Shown here: positions 37,552 through 47,043 of the stretch, piece by piece | Layout of the letters: each line of letters starts with the position of its first letter | How positions within the stretch are numbered: position 1 is the stretch's first letter | Assembly: GCA_043739185.1 (NCBI GenBank) | Contig: JAYUEN010000034.1 | Location: 1 to 63,205 of the forward strand | Direction: 5' to 3' | Source of the DNA: Bdellovibrionales bacterium | GTDB lineage: Bacteria > Bdellovibrionota > Bdellovibrionia > Bdellovibrionales > JAMPXM01 | Length of the DNA: 63,205 nt | The notes under the pieces: generated by a model | The model's database searches: none | What the model saw: only the letters and a program-made list of their open reading frames with translations | What the model was told of the DNA's origin: nothing | Program-made: the position numbers and the translations under genes

Positions 37552-38142
37552 ATGAGTTCACGCATCATTTTAATTTTAGCCGGCACACTTTTACTATTAG
37601 GTAATTCATGTTCAATGTTTAGCTCCTCTCCGGACTCCAAAGAAACCGCCGAAAATGCCGCGAAAAAAGACGCGGATAATATTGCTTCAGACACTGGACT
37701 AGATGCCGCCCCGCCTGCTGACTCAGCTGCCGCAATGGATTTGGGCGCTGGCGGAAATGCCGCGAATGAAAAATCACTCTTTGATCGCATCGGCGGAAAA
37801 GCCGTATTAGTAAAATTCTCAAATAAATTTGTCGATGCAATGGCTGCCAATCAGAAGCTTCTTGCCAATCCCACTATTGCCGAAGGTCTTAAAAAAGATC
37901 AAAGCAAACACAAAGCAAGTATGGCTGAATTCCTTTGCCAAGTCTCTGGCGGGCCCTGCAAATATGCCGGCCCATCAATGAAAGATGCACACAAGGCATC
38001 AGGTGTATCAGCTGAAGACTGGAAGACAATGGGTGGCCTTTTTATTAAAACGCTCCGTGATATGAATGTTGGGAAAAACGAGCGCAAAGAACTCGCCAAT
38101 CTGGTTTCAATGTCAAAACCAGATGTGGTTGGCGGCAAATAA
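37552..38142 (+). CDS. group I truncated hemoglobin with lipoprotein signal
   Basis: LFDRIGG, FLCQVSGGPCKYAG, MKDAH (proximal His); lipobox GNSC. Confidence 0.85.
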   Translation: MSSRIILILAGTLLLLGNSCSMFSSSPDSKETAENAAKKDADNIASDTGLDAAPPADSAAAMDLGAGGNAANEKSLFDRIGGKAVLVKFSNKFVDAMAANQKLLANPTIAEGLKKDQSKHKASMAEFLCQVSGGPCKYAGPSMKDAHKASGVSAEDWKTMGGLFIKTLRDMNVGKNERKELANLVSMSKPDVVGGK

Positions 38143-38150
38143 AAAAACTT

Positions 38151-39764
38151 CTAAATAACGTTTAGTTCACTTACCCTCATATCCTCTAAGGCGAGAAAGC
38201 TCTGCGCAGTTGCAGAGCGAAATGCACGCTCATAGGACTTCGGTAAATTCGGCTTCAACAAATCGCCGGCATTTAAGTACTCAAATATTTCACCATAATG
38301 TTTCACGGTCAGGGCATCCACTCGCCTCATCAAGTGAAAAGGACGAAGTTCACTTGAATGCCTCACACCCATCGCACCCATGATTTCACTTGCAGCTTTT
38401 ACCGTTTCAAATTGAAAATTCTTTACACGATCTGACTTTGATAAAATATCAAGGCCGCTCACAAGTTCAGGATCATTGGTGGTAATGCCCACTGGGCAAG
38501 TATTTGAATTACAACGAAGAGCTTGAATACATCCGATTGCCATCATCATACCACGAGCCGAATTGCATAAGTCCGCGCCCATTGAAAGCTTAGCTACGAT
38601 ATCAAATCCGGTTGTGACCTTACCGCTGGCAATAACTCTTATGTTTTTGCGTAAATCAAAGCCCAATAAAGTATTGTGTACAAACACCAAACCTTCTGTA
38701 AGGGGACAACCAACTGAATTCGAAAACTCAATTGGAGCGGCACCAGTGCCACCTTCTCCGCCGTCTACCGTGATAAAATCTGGCATAATGCCGGTTTCTC
38801 GCATTGCCAAACAGAGTGCAATAAATTCTCGTCTCTTACCTACGCAGAGTTTAAATCCCACGGGCTTTCCACCCGACAAATCGCGCAGTAGTTTGATAAA
38901 TTTCATCATTTCAATTGGCGTTGAAAAGGCCGTATGCCAAGGCGGAGACATGACGTCTTTGCCCATCTCCACACCACGCATCGTTGCAATTTCAAGGCTG
39001 ACTTTCGATGCCGGTAAAATTCCTCCGTGACCTGGCTTGGCCCCTTGAGAAAGTTTAATTTCAATCATTTTAATATTGGGATGAACTGCTCGCTCTGCAA
39101 ATTTTTCTGGCGAAAATTTACCGTCGAGTTCTCGGCAACCAAAATACCCAGTGCCAACCTGCCATACGATATCGCCACCTTGTTTGAGATGATAAGGTGA
39201 GCAAGAACCCTCACCAGTATTGTGATAAAAACCACCTTTTTTTGCGCCAAGGTTGAGGGCTTCAACTGCATTTTTGCTGAGGGCTCCATAGCTCATAGCA
39301 CTAATATTTAAGAGTGCTGCCTCATAGGGCTGCTTGCAATGAGGGCCACCAATGCGGACCTTCATATTCTCTTTTGCGTGCACCGGTGCAATCGAATGAT
39401 TCACCCATTCATATCCCACTTCGTAAACATCTTTTTGAGTACCAAATGGTACCGTATCGCGCTCCTTTTTGGCGCGCTGATAAACCACTGAACGCTGCTC
39501 ACGGCTAAAGGGTTTGCCGTCTGAATTACTTTCGATAAAATATTGATTGATCTCAGGCCTGATGAGCTCAAGTAGGTATCGAAAATGGCCCATGACCGGA
39601 AAATTTCTTCGAATCGAATGCTTTTTTTGAAAATAATCTCTCACACCTACGAAGACAACCGGCAAAACCACGATCAGAGACCATAAAAATTGTGGGAGCC
39701 AAATCGGCAAAACGACGTATATCAAAATTAGAAAATAAAAAATAATGCGGGCTTCTTTACGCAT
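38151..39764 (-). CDS. FMN-binding glutamate synthase family protein (YerD-like)
   Basis: ISAMSYGALS, NTGEG, IKLSQGAKPGHGG, DGGEGGTGAAP, CIQALRC...CP. Confidence 0.93.
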   Translation of the reverse strand: MRKEARIIFYFLILIYVVLPIWLPQFLWSLIVVLPVVFVGVRDYFQKKHSIRRNFPVMGHFRYLLELIRPEINQYFIESNSDGKPFSREQRSVVYQRAKKERDTVPFGTQKDVYEVGYEWVNHSIAPVHAKENMKVRIGGPHCKQPYEAALLNISAMSYGALSKNAVEALNLGAKKGGFYHNTGEGSCSPYHLKQGGDIVWQVGTGYFGCRELDGKFSPEKFAERAVHPNIKMIEIKLSQGAKPGHGGILPASKVSLEIATMRGVEMGKDVMSPPWHTAFSTPIEMMKFIKLLRDLSGGKPVGFKLCVGKRREFIALCLAMRETGIMPDFITVDGGEGGTGAAPIEFSNSVGCPLTEGLVFVHNTLLGFDLRKNIRVIASGKVTTGFDIVAKLSMGADLCNSARGMMMAIGCIQALRCNSNTCPVGITTNDPELVSGLDILSKSDRVKNFQFETVKAASEIMGAMGVRHSSELRPFHLMRRVDALTVKHYGEIFEYLNAGDLLKPNLPKSYERAFRSATAQSFLALEDMRVSELNVI

Positions 39765-39875
39765 AGACACCTCTTTCGCTTTAATTTTAAACCCTCGCCG
39801 TAGAAAGTCACAGATTTTGTCCTGGTGGAGGTAATATCTGGCCAAGACCTATATTCATTGTTAAGCTTTCTTGAA

Positions 39876-41126
39876 ATGGAATTTTATTATAAAAATTGTG
39901 AACTTTATGTTGGCCAAACTTCAGCAAAAAACTCTAGACCTGAGGCTAGCTCAGTCAATTTGTTGAAATGGTGTCAAACCAAAAAAACGCCGCTTTACCT
40001 TTATGATTGCGAACAAATTGAAAAGCGTTTGCAATTTTTCAAAGCTGCAATGCCCTTTTTGAAAAGTCAGAATATTCATTTTGCGATCAAAGCCAATCAC
40101 AATCAGAAAATCTTGAGTCTTATTCAAAATGAAAAATTAGGTGTTGATACGGTTTCGATTGGCGAAATTAAGCGGGCCATGAGCTGCGGTTTTTTGGCCC
40201 AAGATATTATTTTTTCTGGAGTTGCAAAATCAAAATCTGAACTTGCACAAGCCATTACATTGAAAATCAAACAAATAAATATTGAGAGTTTCTCTGAGCT
40301 GCAAAGAATTTTGATAATTTGTATGGAGCAAAAAACCTCAATAGATATTGGGATTCGTCTCAACCCAAGAGTTGGCGCCGATACTCACAAAGCCATCTCA
40401 ACTGGCGGTGCAGATCATAAATTTGGAGTTGACCTAAGTGAACTAGAAAGTGTTAAAAAGCTCCTCAAACAAAATGAAGGCCACATCAATTTGACTGGCC
40501 TTAGTATGCACATTGGATCTAATTTCTTAAAATTGGGAGAATTGCGCGAAGCCATCACCATTTTAGAAAATCACTATAATGAATTCATCAAAGAAGGTTT
40601 TGAAATTAAGAGACTTGATTTGGGTGGCGGACTGGGCATCGACTATTACGAATACAATATTCAAAAAGATGAAGCACTTATTCTACAATATGCAGAGCTA
40701 CTTCGTGAACTCCATTTGCGAAATCCAAAGCTAGAGCTAATGCTTGAGCCCGGAAGAATTTTAGTTGCTCGCGGCGCTCTTTTAATCACTCAAGTACAAT
40801 ATATTAAAAAAAATGGCTCGACTTTGTTTGCGATAGTCGACACCGGAATGAATCACTTGCTCCGCCCCGCACTCTACGAAGCACATCATCAAATTTGGCC
40901 ACTTGAGAAAAAGTCTAGTCCCCTTCAAATTTTTAGTATTGCAGGGCCGATTTGCGAATCGACAGATATCCTGGCAACGAAAGTCGAGCTCTGTATTGCG
41001 GAGAATGACTTTTTGGCCATTCTTGACTGCGGCGCCTATGGAATGTCAATGGCTAGCCACTATAATTTGCATGAAATGCCTGTAGAGTATTTTTTTGAAG
41101 ATGGCAAAATTTCTCACCTTGCCTAA
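39876..41126 (+). CDS. lysA: diaminopimelate decarboxylase
   Basis: FAIKAN, HIGS, DLGGGLG, EPGR, GPICESTD, GAYG. Confidence 0.92.
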   Translation: MEFYYKNCELYVGQTSAKNSRPEASSVNLLKWCQTKKTPLYLYDCEQIEKRLQFFKAAMPFLKSQNIHFAIKANHNQKILSLIQNEKLGVDTVSIGEIKRAMSCGFLAQDIIFSGVAKSKSELAQAITLKIKQINIESFSELQRILIICMEQKTSIDIGIRLNPRVGADTHKAISTGGADHKFGVDLSELESVKKLLKQNEGHINLTGLSMHIGSNFLKLGELREAITILENHYNEFIKEGFEIKRLDLGGGLGIDYYEYNIQKDEALILQYAELLRELHLRNPKLELMLEPGRILVARGALLITQVQYIKKNGSTLFAIVDTGMNHLLRPALYEAHHQIWPLEKKSSPLQIFSIAGPICESTDILATKVELCIAENDFLAILDCGAYGMSMASHYNLHEMPVEYFFEDGKISHLA

Positions 41127-41190
41127 ATCAAGTTTAGTGATAACTTTATAAGCGATACAAAAAAACCAAGACAAATGCAAAGGGAAAACT

Positions 41191-42873
41191 ATGGAAAATA
41201 TTTGGCTTAAAAATTATCCAAAAGGGATCCAATCTGAAATTGATATTTCTCAATATAAAAATATTTTACAAATATTAACTCAGGCCTGTGATAAATTTCC
41301 GGATCGCCCGGTTTTCACGAATATGGGTAAAACCATCACTTATCGCGATCTCAATCTTTTATCGACCAATTTTGCCGCCTATCTGCAAACCGATTTAGGA
41401 CTCAAAAAAGGCGATCGCATTGCGCTTCAAATGCCAAATATTTTACAGTTTCCCATTTGCTTATTTGGGGCTCTTAAAGCTGGCCTGATCGTAGTCAATA
41501 CCAATCCGCTTTATACTGAACGCGAAATGAAACATCAATTTAACGACTCCGGAGCCAAGGCAATTGTTATTCTCTCTAATTTTGCTCGCAATTTGCAAAA
41601 TATTATTTCAGAGACCAAGATTGAACACGTGATCTTGACTGAGCTGGGAGACGAGCTTAGTTTTCCTAAAAAATTATTGGTCAATGCGGTCATTAAATAT
41701 GTTAAAAAAATGGTTCCTGCCTTTTCAATTCCTCAAGCAAAAACTTATAGTGAGGCCATTTCAAAAGGTAAGAGTCACCCGCTGCGTACGGTTGAGATGA
41801 GTTTAGACGACATCGCTTTCTTGCAATACACCGGCGGCACGACTGGAGTTTCAAAAGGTGCCATGCTTACACACCGAAATATTGTCGCCAATATGGAGCA
41901 AATCAATATGTGGATGCGACCTTTTCTTCAGGAAGGAAAAGAAGTCGTCTTTATGCCACTTCCACTCTATCACATATTTTGTCTGACCGTGAATTGTCTG
42001 GCCCTAGTAAAATACGGTGTGCACAATATTATGATAACCAATCCACGGGACCTTCCTTCTCTCATCAAAGATTTCAATTCGCATCCCATTTCCATTATGA
42101 CAGGAATCAATACCTTGTTCATTGGACTAAACAATAATCCCGAATTTCAAAAACTTGATTTTTCACATTTAAAATTTTCAGTTGCTGGCGGCATGGCCCT
42201 GCAAACATCTGTCGCAAAACGCTGGAAGGAAATCACCGGCACTGAAATTTTCGAAGGTTATGGTTTAACTGAAAGTTCACCGGTGGCCTGTGTGAACCCC
42301 ATTGACGGTAGCGGCAAAATGGGAACTATTGGTCTGCCCGTACCCTCTACTAAAATCGTTATTTTAAATGATGAAGAAAAAGAACTCCCGATTGGTCAAA
42401 CCGGCGAAATCTGCATTTATGGTCCACAAATTATGAAGGGCTACTGGAATCAAGTCGCCGAGACTTCAAAGGTCCTCACCAAAGATGGCGGCCTTAAAAC
42501 CGGAGACATCGGCATCATGGACACCGACGGCTATACCAAAATTGTAGATCGTAAAAAGGATATGATTCTTGTCTCTGGATTCAATGTGTATCCAACTGAA
42601 ATTGAAGATGTGCTCGCTCACTTACCAGGCGTTCTTGAAGTCGCTGCCGTTGGCGTCCCTGATGAAAAGTCGGGAGAAGTGGTCAAGGTTTTTATCGTGA
42701 AAAAAGACGAAGCTTTAACCAAAGAAAATGTCCTCGCATATGCCAAAGCCAATTTGACAGGATACAAAATTCCCAAACATGTGGAGTTTCGAAAAGACCT
42801 ACCCAAAACAAATGTTGGCAAGATTTTAAGAAGGGAACTTAAGAATCAAGTGTCCCCGAGCTCAAGTCTTTAG
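41191..42873 (+). CDS. fadD: long-chain-fatty-acid--CoA ligase
   Basis: QYTGGTTGVSKG, EGYGLTE, DRKKDMILVSGFNVYP, PKTNVGKILR. Confidence 0.95.
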   Translation: MENIWLKNYPKGIQSEIDISQYKNILQILTQACDKFPDRPVFTNMGKTITYRDLNLLSTNFAAYLQTDLGLKKGDRIALQMPNILQFPICLFGALKAGLIVVNTNPLYTEREMKHQFNDSGAKAIVILSNFARNLQNIISETKIEHVILTELGDELSFPKKLLVNAVIKYVKKMVPAFSIPQAKTYSEAISKGKSHPLRTVEMSLDDIAFLQYTGGTTGVSKGAMLTHRNIVANMEQINMWMRPFLQEGKEVVFMPLPLYHIFCLTVNCLALVKYGVHNIMITNPRDLPSLIKDFNSHPISIMTGINTLFIGLNNNPEFQKLDFSHLKFSVAGGMALQTSVAKRWKEITGTEIFEGYGLTESSPVACVNPIDGSGKMGTIGLPVPSTKIVILNDEEKELPIGQTGEICIYGPQIMKGYWNQVAETSKVLTKDGGLKTGDIGIMDTDGYTKIVDRKKDMILVSGFNVYPTEIEDVLAHLPGVLEVAAVGVPDEKSGEVVKVFIVKKDEALTKENVLAYAKANLTGYKIPKHVEFRKDLPKTNVGKILRRELKNQVSPSSSL

Positions 42874-42912
42874 TTTCAAATACTGATTTAGATTTTTGGG
42901 AGAAAAAGAATC

Positions 42913-43317
42913 ATGTTTTCAACGGATACAAAGATATTAATAGTCGATGATATGCAAAGCCAAAGAGAGCTCTTGGGTGCCTACCTCAGGCGTATAGGCT
43001 TTGCTGACATTGTCGAAGCTTCCGACGGCAAAGAGGCCTACGAGACCCTAATGCAGTCCTACCAAACCGAACTGCCAATTAAATTAATTATTTCGGATTG
43101 GAATATGCCAAACTTAAGCGGTCTTGATTTTTTAAAATTGGTAAGGTCCAATCTCGATTTTGCAAAACTACCCTTTTTGATTATCACTAATGAAAATGAA
43201 AAACACCGCGTGGTCGAAGCCATTCAAAATGGCGTCACCAACTATATGGTAAAGCCACTTGAAGAAAGCACCCTAAAAGAGAAGCTAGAGAGAACTTGGG
43301 AAAAAGTAAAAGTCTAA
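42913..43317 (+). CDS. CheY-like single-domain response regulator
   Basis: ILIVDD, SDWNMP, IIT, YMVKP. Confidence 0.9.
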   Translation: MFSTDTKILIVDDMQSQRELLGAYLRRIGFADIVEASDGKEAYETLMQSYQTELPIKLIISDWNMPNLSGLDFLKLVRSNLDFAKLPFLIITNENEKHRVVEAIQNGVTNYMVKPLEESTLKEKLERTWEKVKV

Positions 43318-43346
43318 TTTGAGTGAAGTGGATTTTGGGAAAGACC

Positions 43347-45314
43347 TTATGCTACTTTTTCAAATGAATTTTGTCCGGAACTTACTATAAAGGGAACTTC
43401 TATGACAAATTGACTACCTTTTCCGTAGTGGCTTTTAACTTCTATGCTGCCGCCCAAACCTAGCACGACAGTCTTTACCGCAAACAGCCCGACGCCTCTT
43501 CCTGACATCTCTGAAAGCTGTTCTCGGCTCGTGAAGCTCTCGTCAAAAACACATTGCAAAACCTTGTGATCGCTCAATTTGCTTTCATGTGCAGAATAGC
43601 CCAGCTTTTTCATTCTTTTACGAATCAATTTTGCATCTATGCCCGCACCGTCATCGGATATGATTATTCTGATTTGTCGAGAGGCTTCATCGGCCTCAAG
43701 CATTTCGAAATGAATTTGTATAAGGCCTGACTCGTCCTTGCCGTTTTGCGATCGCAGTTCGGGTTCTTCGAGACCATGATCTATCGCATTTCTAAAGACA
43801 TGAATCAAAACGGCAAAGAGTTCTCGATAATGCTTGGCTTCGATTCGTAAATCTCCGTTTTTAATTTTCAGTGGTTTTAGTTTTTTCCCCAAACTATTTG
43901 CAAGGTCTGAAAGAGATTCATCTAAATAAGCAAAGAAGGAACCAATCTTTTCATGCACAAAAAGATCTTCAATTTCTTTGTGAATATTTTTAGTTCCCTT
44001 AATACTCTTCAATTCATTTAACCATCGTAATGCAGTCTCGCTTGAAACTTCAATTTGTTTTGCTCCATTAGCAGAAATTTCGCCAAAGAGCTCCTTATTC
44101 TTTTCTAAAAATAAATTGAATTCAAATTGCAGGTCCGTAATGGACTCAAGTAGTAAATTGAAATTTTTCTTTTTTGATTTTGTAAAATTAAAAAGCGTTT
44201 TCTCTGCTTCATGGGCCTGGGCCGTCAATTCACTCAAAGCAAAGGTGGCAGCGCCTCCTTTGAAGGTATGAAGATCTCTCGCAAACAGTTCGACATCCAG
44301 TTCATTTGCTTTTATTCCCTGAAGGTCTCTAATCATGCGCGCTAGTATGGCGACCGCATCCTGAGCAAAACTTCGAAATTGGCTTCGATACTTGGTTATT
44401 TGAACAAGTCGCTTAACTTGAGCTCGCTCATGATCTGCCTCACGCTTTGCTCTCATTTCGTTGGTTTTATCGGTTGCGACCATAACCACAGCTTGAATTT
44501 TGCCTTCGGAATCTCGCATCGGATTGTATTCAAGCGCGATCTCGCTTTCGGTAACATCAATTCCTAATTTAGAAGGGCCGAGCCCTTTTAAATCCTGAAA
44601 ATCAAGAGGTTCTTCAAAGACCACAGATATCCAATCACGAATTTGTTTTCGTATTGAATCTCTCTTTGAAATCAAATTGACCAAATTGCGATTTTTAATT
44701 TCGCCCTTAAAAATTTTTCGGCACATTTTAGAATGGTAGGGCAAAATAAATCCGGTGCGTTCAAAAACGATGATGCCTTGATCAAGACTGTCAAGAATGG
44801 CCGAGAGCAAGGTGTTTGACTTACGCAATTCGGTAGTTCTTGCTTCGACTTTCAATTCGAGGTTTTTAGAGTAATCCTCAAGTTGAACTTGAGCGTTCTT
44901 AAGTTTTTGAATGACTTCTTCTTTTTGATCGAGTTCGCCAACATATTTTTTATGAAGAATTTTCTCTAAGCTCACATCACGAAAAAATGCAATCCACCTT
45001 TTATCAGTTTTAGGCAAATCTCTGGTTGTGGTATCAATTTGAAGGTTGACCTGTAGTGAACCTTTTTTTTGAGTGGTGGTGGTAAATTCAATTTCTTTCA
45101 TTGGACTGAATCCGCCAATGGGAAATTCGCTCTTCAAACAAATAGGAGATGCAAAAATGATAAATTCCGAAAGTGTTTTGCCATTTCGGAGACGATTTAC
45201 TGAGACGTTAAGGAGATTGGACATGGATTGATTCGCATAATAAACTCGAAACTCAGAGTCTACAACGATGACGCTGTCTTGAAGGCTATCAAAGATGGAG
45301 TAATCAATACTCAC
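43347..45314 (-). CDS. CheA-like histidine kinase (PAS-like, Hpt, HATPase; no CheW domain)
   Basis: LHTFKG (Hpt), HVFRNAIDHG, DDGAGID, SGRGVGL; GTGA overlap with the upstream stop. Confidence 0.88.
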   Translation of the reverse strand: MSIDYSIFDSLQDSVIVVDSEFRVYYANQSMSNLLNVSVNRLRNGKTLSEFIIFASPICLKSEFPIGGFSPMKEIEFTTTTQKKGSLQVNLQIDTTTRDLPKTDKRWIAFFRDVSLEKILHKKYVGELDQKEEVIQKLKNAQVQLEDYSKNLELKVEARTTELRKSNTLLSAILDSLDQGIIVFERTGFILPYHSKMCRKIFKGEIKNRNLVNLISKRDSIRKQIRDWISVVFEEPLDFQDLKGLGPSKLGIDVTESEIALEYNPMRDSEGKIQAVVMVATDKTNEMRAKREADHERAQVKRLVQITKYRSQFRSFAQDAVAILARMIRDLQGIKANELDVELFARDLHTFKGGAATFALSELTAQAHEAEKTLFNFTKSKKKNFNLLLESITDLQFEFNLFLEKNKELFGEISANGAKQIEVSSETALRWLNELKSIKGTKNIHKEIEDLFVHEKIGSFFAYLDESLSDLANSLGKKLKPLKIKNGDLRIEAKHYRELFAVLIHVFRNAIDHGLEEPELRSQNGKDESGLIQIHFEMLEADEASRQIRIIISDDGAGIDAKLIRKRMKKLGYSAHESKLSDHKVLQCVFDESFTSREQLSEMSGRGVGLFAVKTVVLGLGGSIEVKSHYGKGSQFVIEVPFIVSSGQNSFEKVA

Positions 45315-46285
45315 ACAGCTTCCTTCTTCCATTCCCTTCCAATCACTGTAGAAAGAGCCTTTAAACAGTCTTTATTGAATTGCGCCGAATGATCACCATT
45401 CATTTTATCAAATGCACTTTTAATATTTGAAGTACTTACCACAGGCCCTAAACTTAAAACCGATTCGGTAAAGGCATTTGCTAGACTCATCACTCGCCCA
45501 TAAGGTGAAATCAGAAGATCTTTAATTCCTCTGGGATAACCGCTCCCGTCAGCCAGCTCGTGATGTTCAAAAACCATTAGCCTGACATCATCCGGAATCA
45601 GTCTCATTTTCGCCAGCGTTTCTCTGCCGAACTCACAATGAGATTTGTAAATGATTTTCTCATCTTTGTTGAGATCCTCAAATCCCTTCGCGAGAATATC
45701 CGGAGGTAGATTGAGCTTACCTACATCATGAAGTAGGCCACCCAAAGCCAATCGCTCTAGAGTTGCATGTCGGGTCCAACCCATTGCAATACCCAGCATG
45801 CTAGCCATAGCACTCACCATCAAGGAGTGACGCTCATCTCGGACCGAGTTCTTAATAAGTCGCTCGACTAAATCCGCCAAATTTGGAACTTTCGAAATCA
45901 AGTTCATGGTAACAAGCGAAACGGTCTGCGCATGCCCTAAAGCTCGCTCATCAAAACCCACTGCTTTGATTTCGTTAAATAGCGAAACGCAGGCATTTTC
46001 AAGGGCCATAATTTTAAAAGATGAAGCTATATTCTTTTGGCTAATTGCAATGCCAGCGACCGTAACTGCTTGATCTGCCAATTTGCCAAAATCGACCGCC
46101 CGAATGAAAAAATACTCTAAACTTTTCTGTTTAAACTTTTCACTGTGCTCATCGCCAAAGATTTGGCCTTCACGTCCAAATAAGACAAATTTATCGGCCG
46201 ATAGTTTAATAAAAACATCGACCTCGAACTTACGTTTTTCCGCAAAATACTCTATACTTATGGGGCAAAGTTTTTCTTCAGCCAT
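45311..46285 (-). CDS. HD-GYP domain protein
   Basis: LLHDVGK and HHELADGSGYPRG; the last metal-binding Asp appears as Asn (SLANAF). Confidence 0.85.
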   Translation of the reverse strand: MAEEKLCPISIEYFAEKRKFEVDVFIKLSADKFVLFGREGQIFGDEHSEKFKQKSLEYFFIRAVDFGKLADQAVTVAGIAISQKNIASSFKIMALENACVSLFNEIKAVGFDERALGHAQTVSLVTMNLISKVPNLADLVERLIKNSVRDERHSLMVSAMASMLGIAMGWTRHATLERLALGGLLHDVGKLNLPPDILAKGFEDLNKDEKIIYKSHCEFGRETLAKMRLIPDDVRLMVFEHHELADGSGYPRGIKDLLISPYGRVMSLANAFTESVLSLGPVVSTSNIKSAFDKMNGDHSAQFNKDCLKALSTVIGREWKKEAV

Positions 46286-46541
46286 GGCTTCTTTATCGGT
46301 AAAAACCTAAGCAAACTCAAACCAGCATGAAGTTCCCGGATTCACTTTAAGGCATTAAATAGACCCAGTAAAATTAGCTATTTAAGATATGATATCTACT
46401 TTTTTAAGCAACAAAATCGATTTTGGTTCGCTTTCTAGACTTGGTGTGCTAGTCTTTAATACTGAACCGGTCCGAGTTAAGAGTTTTTGGCTTTTTTTAT
46501 GTCCAATCTCCGAAGCGGCCACTAGACCCTAGGAGGAATTC

Positions 46542-46931
46542 ATGGGCAGAAAACTATACGTAGGAAACCTATCATACCAAACAACTGATGAGACGCTTTC
46601 ATCACGCTTTCAAGAATTTGGAACCGTTGAAAGTGCTCGAGTTATCACTGATCGTGAAACTGGCCGTAGCAAAGGCTTTGCTTTCGTTGAGATGTCATCT
46701 GATCAAGAGGCTGCTGCTGCAGTGACTGGACTTGATGGACAAGAATTTGAAGGCCGAAACCTTAAGGTTTCAGAAGCTCGTCCACAAGAAAATACTGGTC
46801 GCGGTGGCGGCGGTGGTGGTCGTGGATTTGGTGGCGGCGGCGGTGGCGGTCGTGGCGGCGGCGGCGGCGGTCGTGATTTCGGCGGTGGCGGCGGCGGTGG
46901 CGGCGGCGGCGGCAGAACAAATCGCTGGTAG
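46542..46931 (+). CDS. RRM RNA-binding protein with Gly/Arg-rich tail
   Basis: RNP2 LYVGNL, RNP1 KGFAFVEM; AGGAGG RBS. Confidence 0.95.
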   Translation: MGRKLYVGNLSYQTTDETLSSRFQEFGTVESARVITDRETGRSKGFAFVEMSSDQEAAAAVTGLDGQEFEGRNLKVSEARPQENTGRGGGGGGRGFGGGGGGGRGGGGGGRDFGGGGGGGGGGGRTNRW

Positions 46932-46961
46932 TCTTTTAAAAAGAATAATTTAAGTTTTCAT

Positions 46962-46992
46962 AAAGCCACTTCCTAATAGAAGTGGCTTTTTT
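46962..46992 (+). terminator. intrinsic terminator
   Basis: AAAGCCACTTC/GAAGTGGCTTT stem plus T-tract. Confidence 0.85.
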
Positions 46993-47043
46993 GCATTAAA
47001 AATCTGTACTCGAATCAGTTCTCACATATTCCGATTCTGATTC

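Noticed and set aside
46797..46915. GC-rich (GGC/GGT)n tract
   Set aside because: Explained by the Gly-rich tail of the RRM protein.
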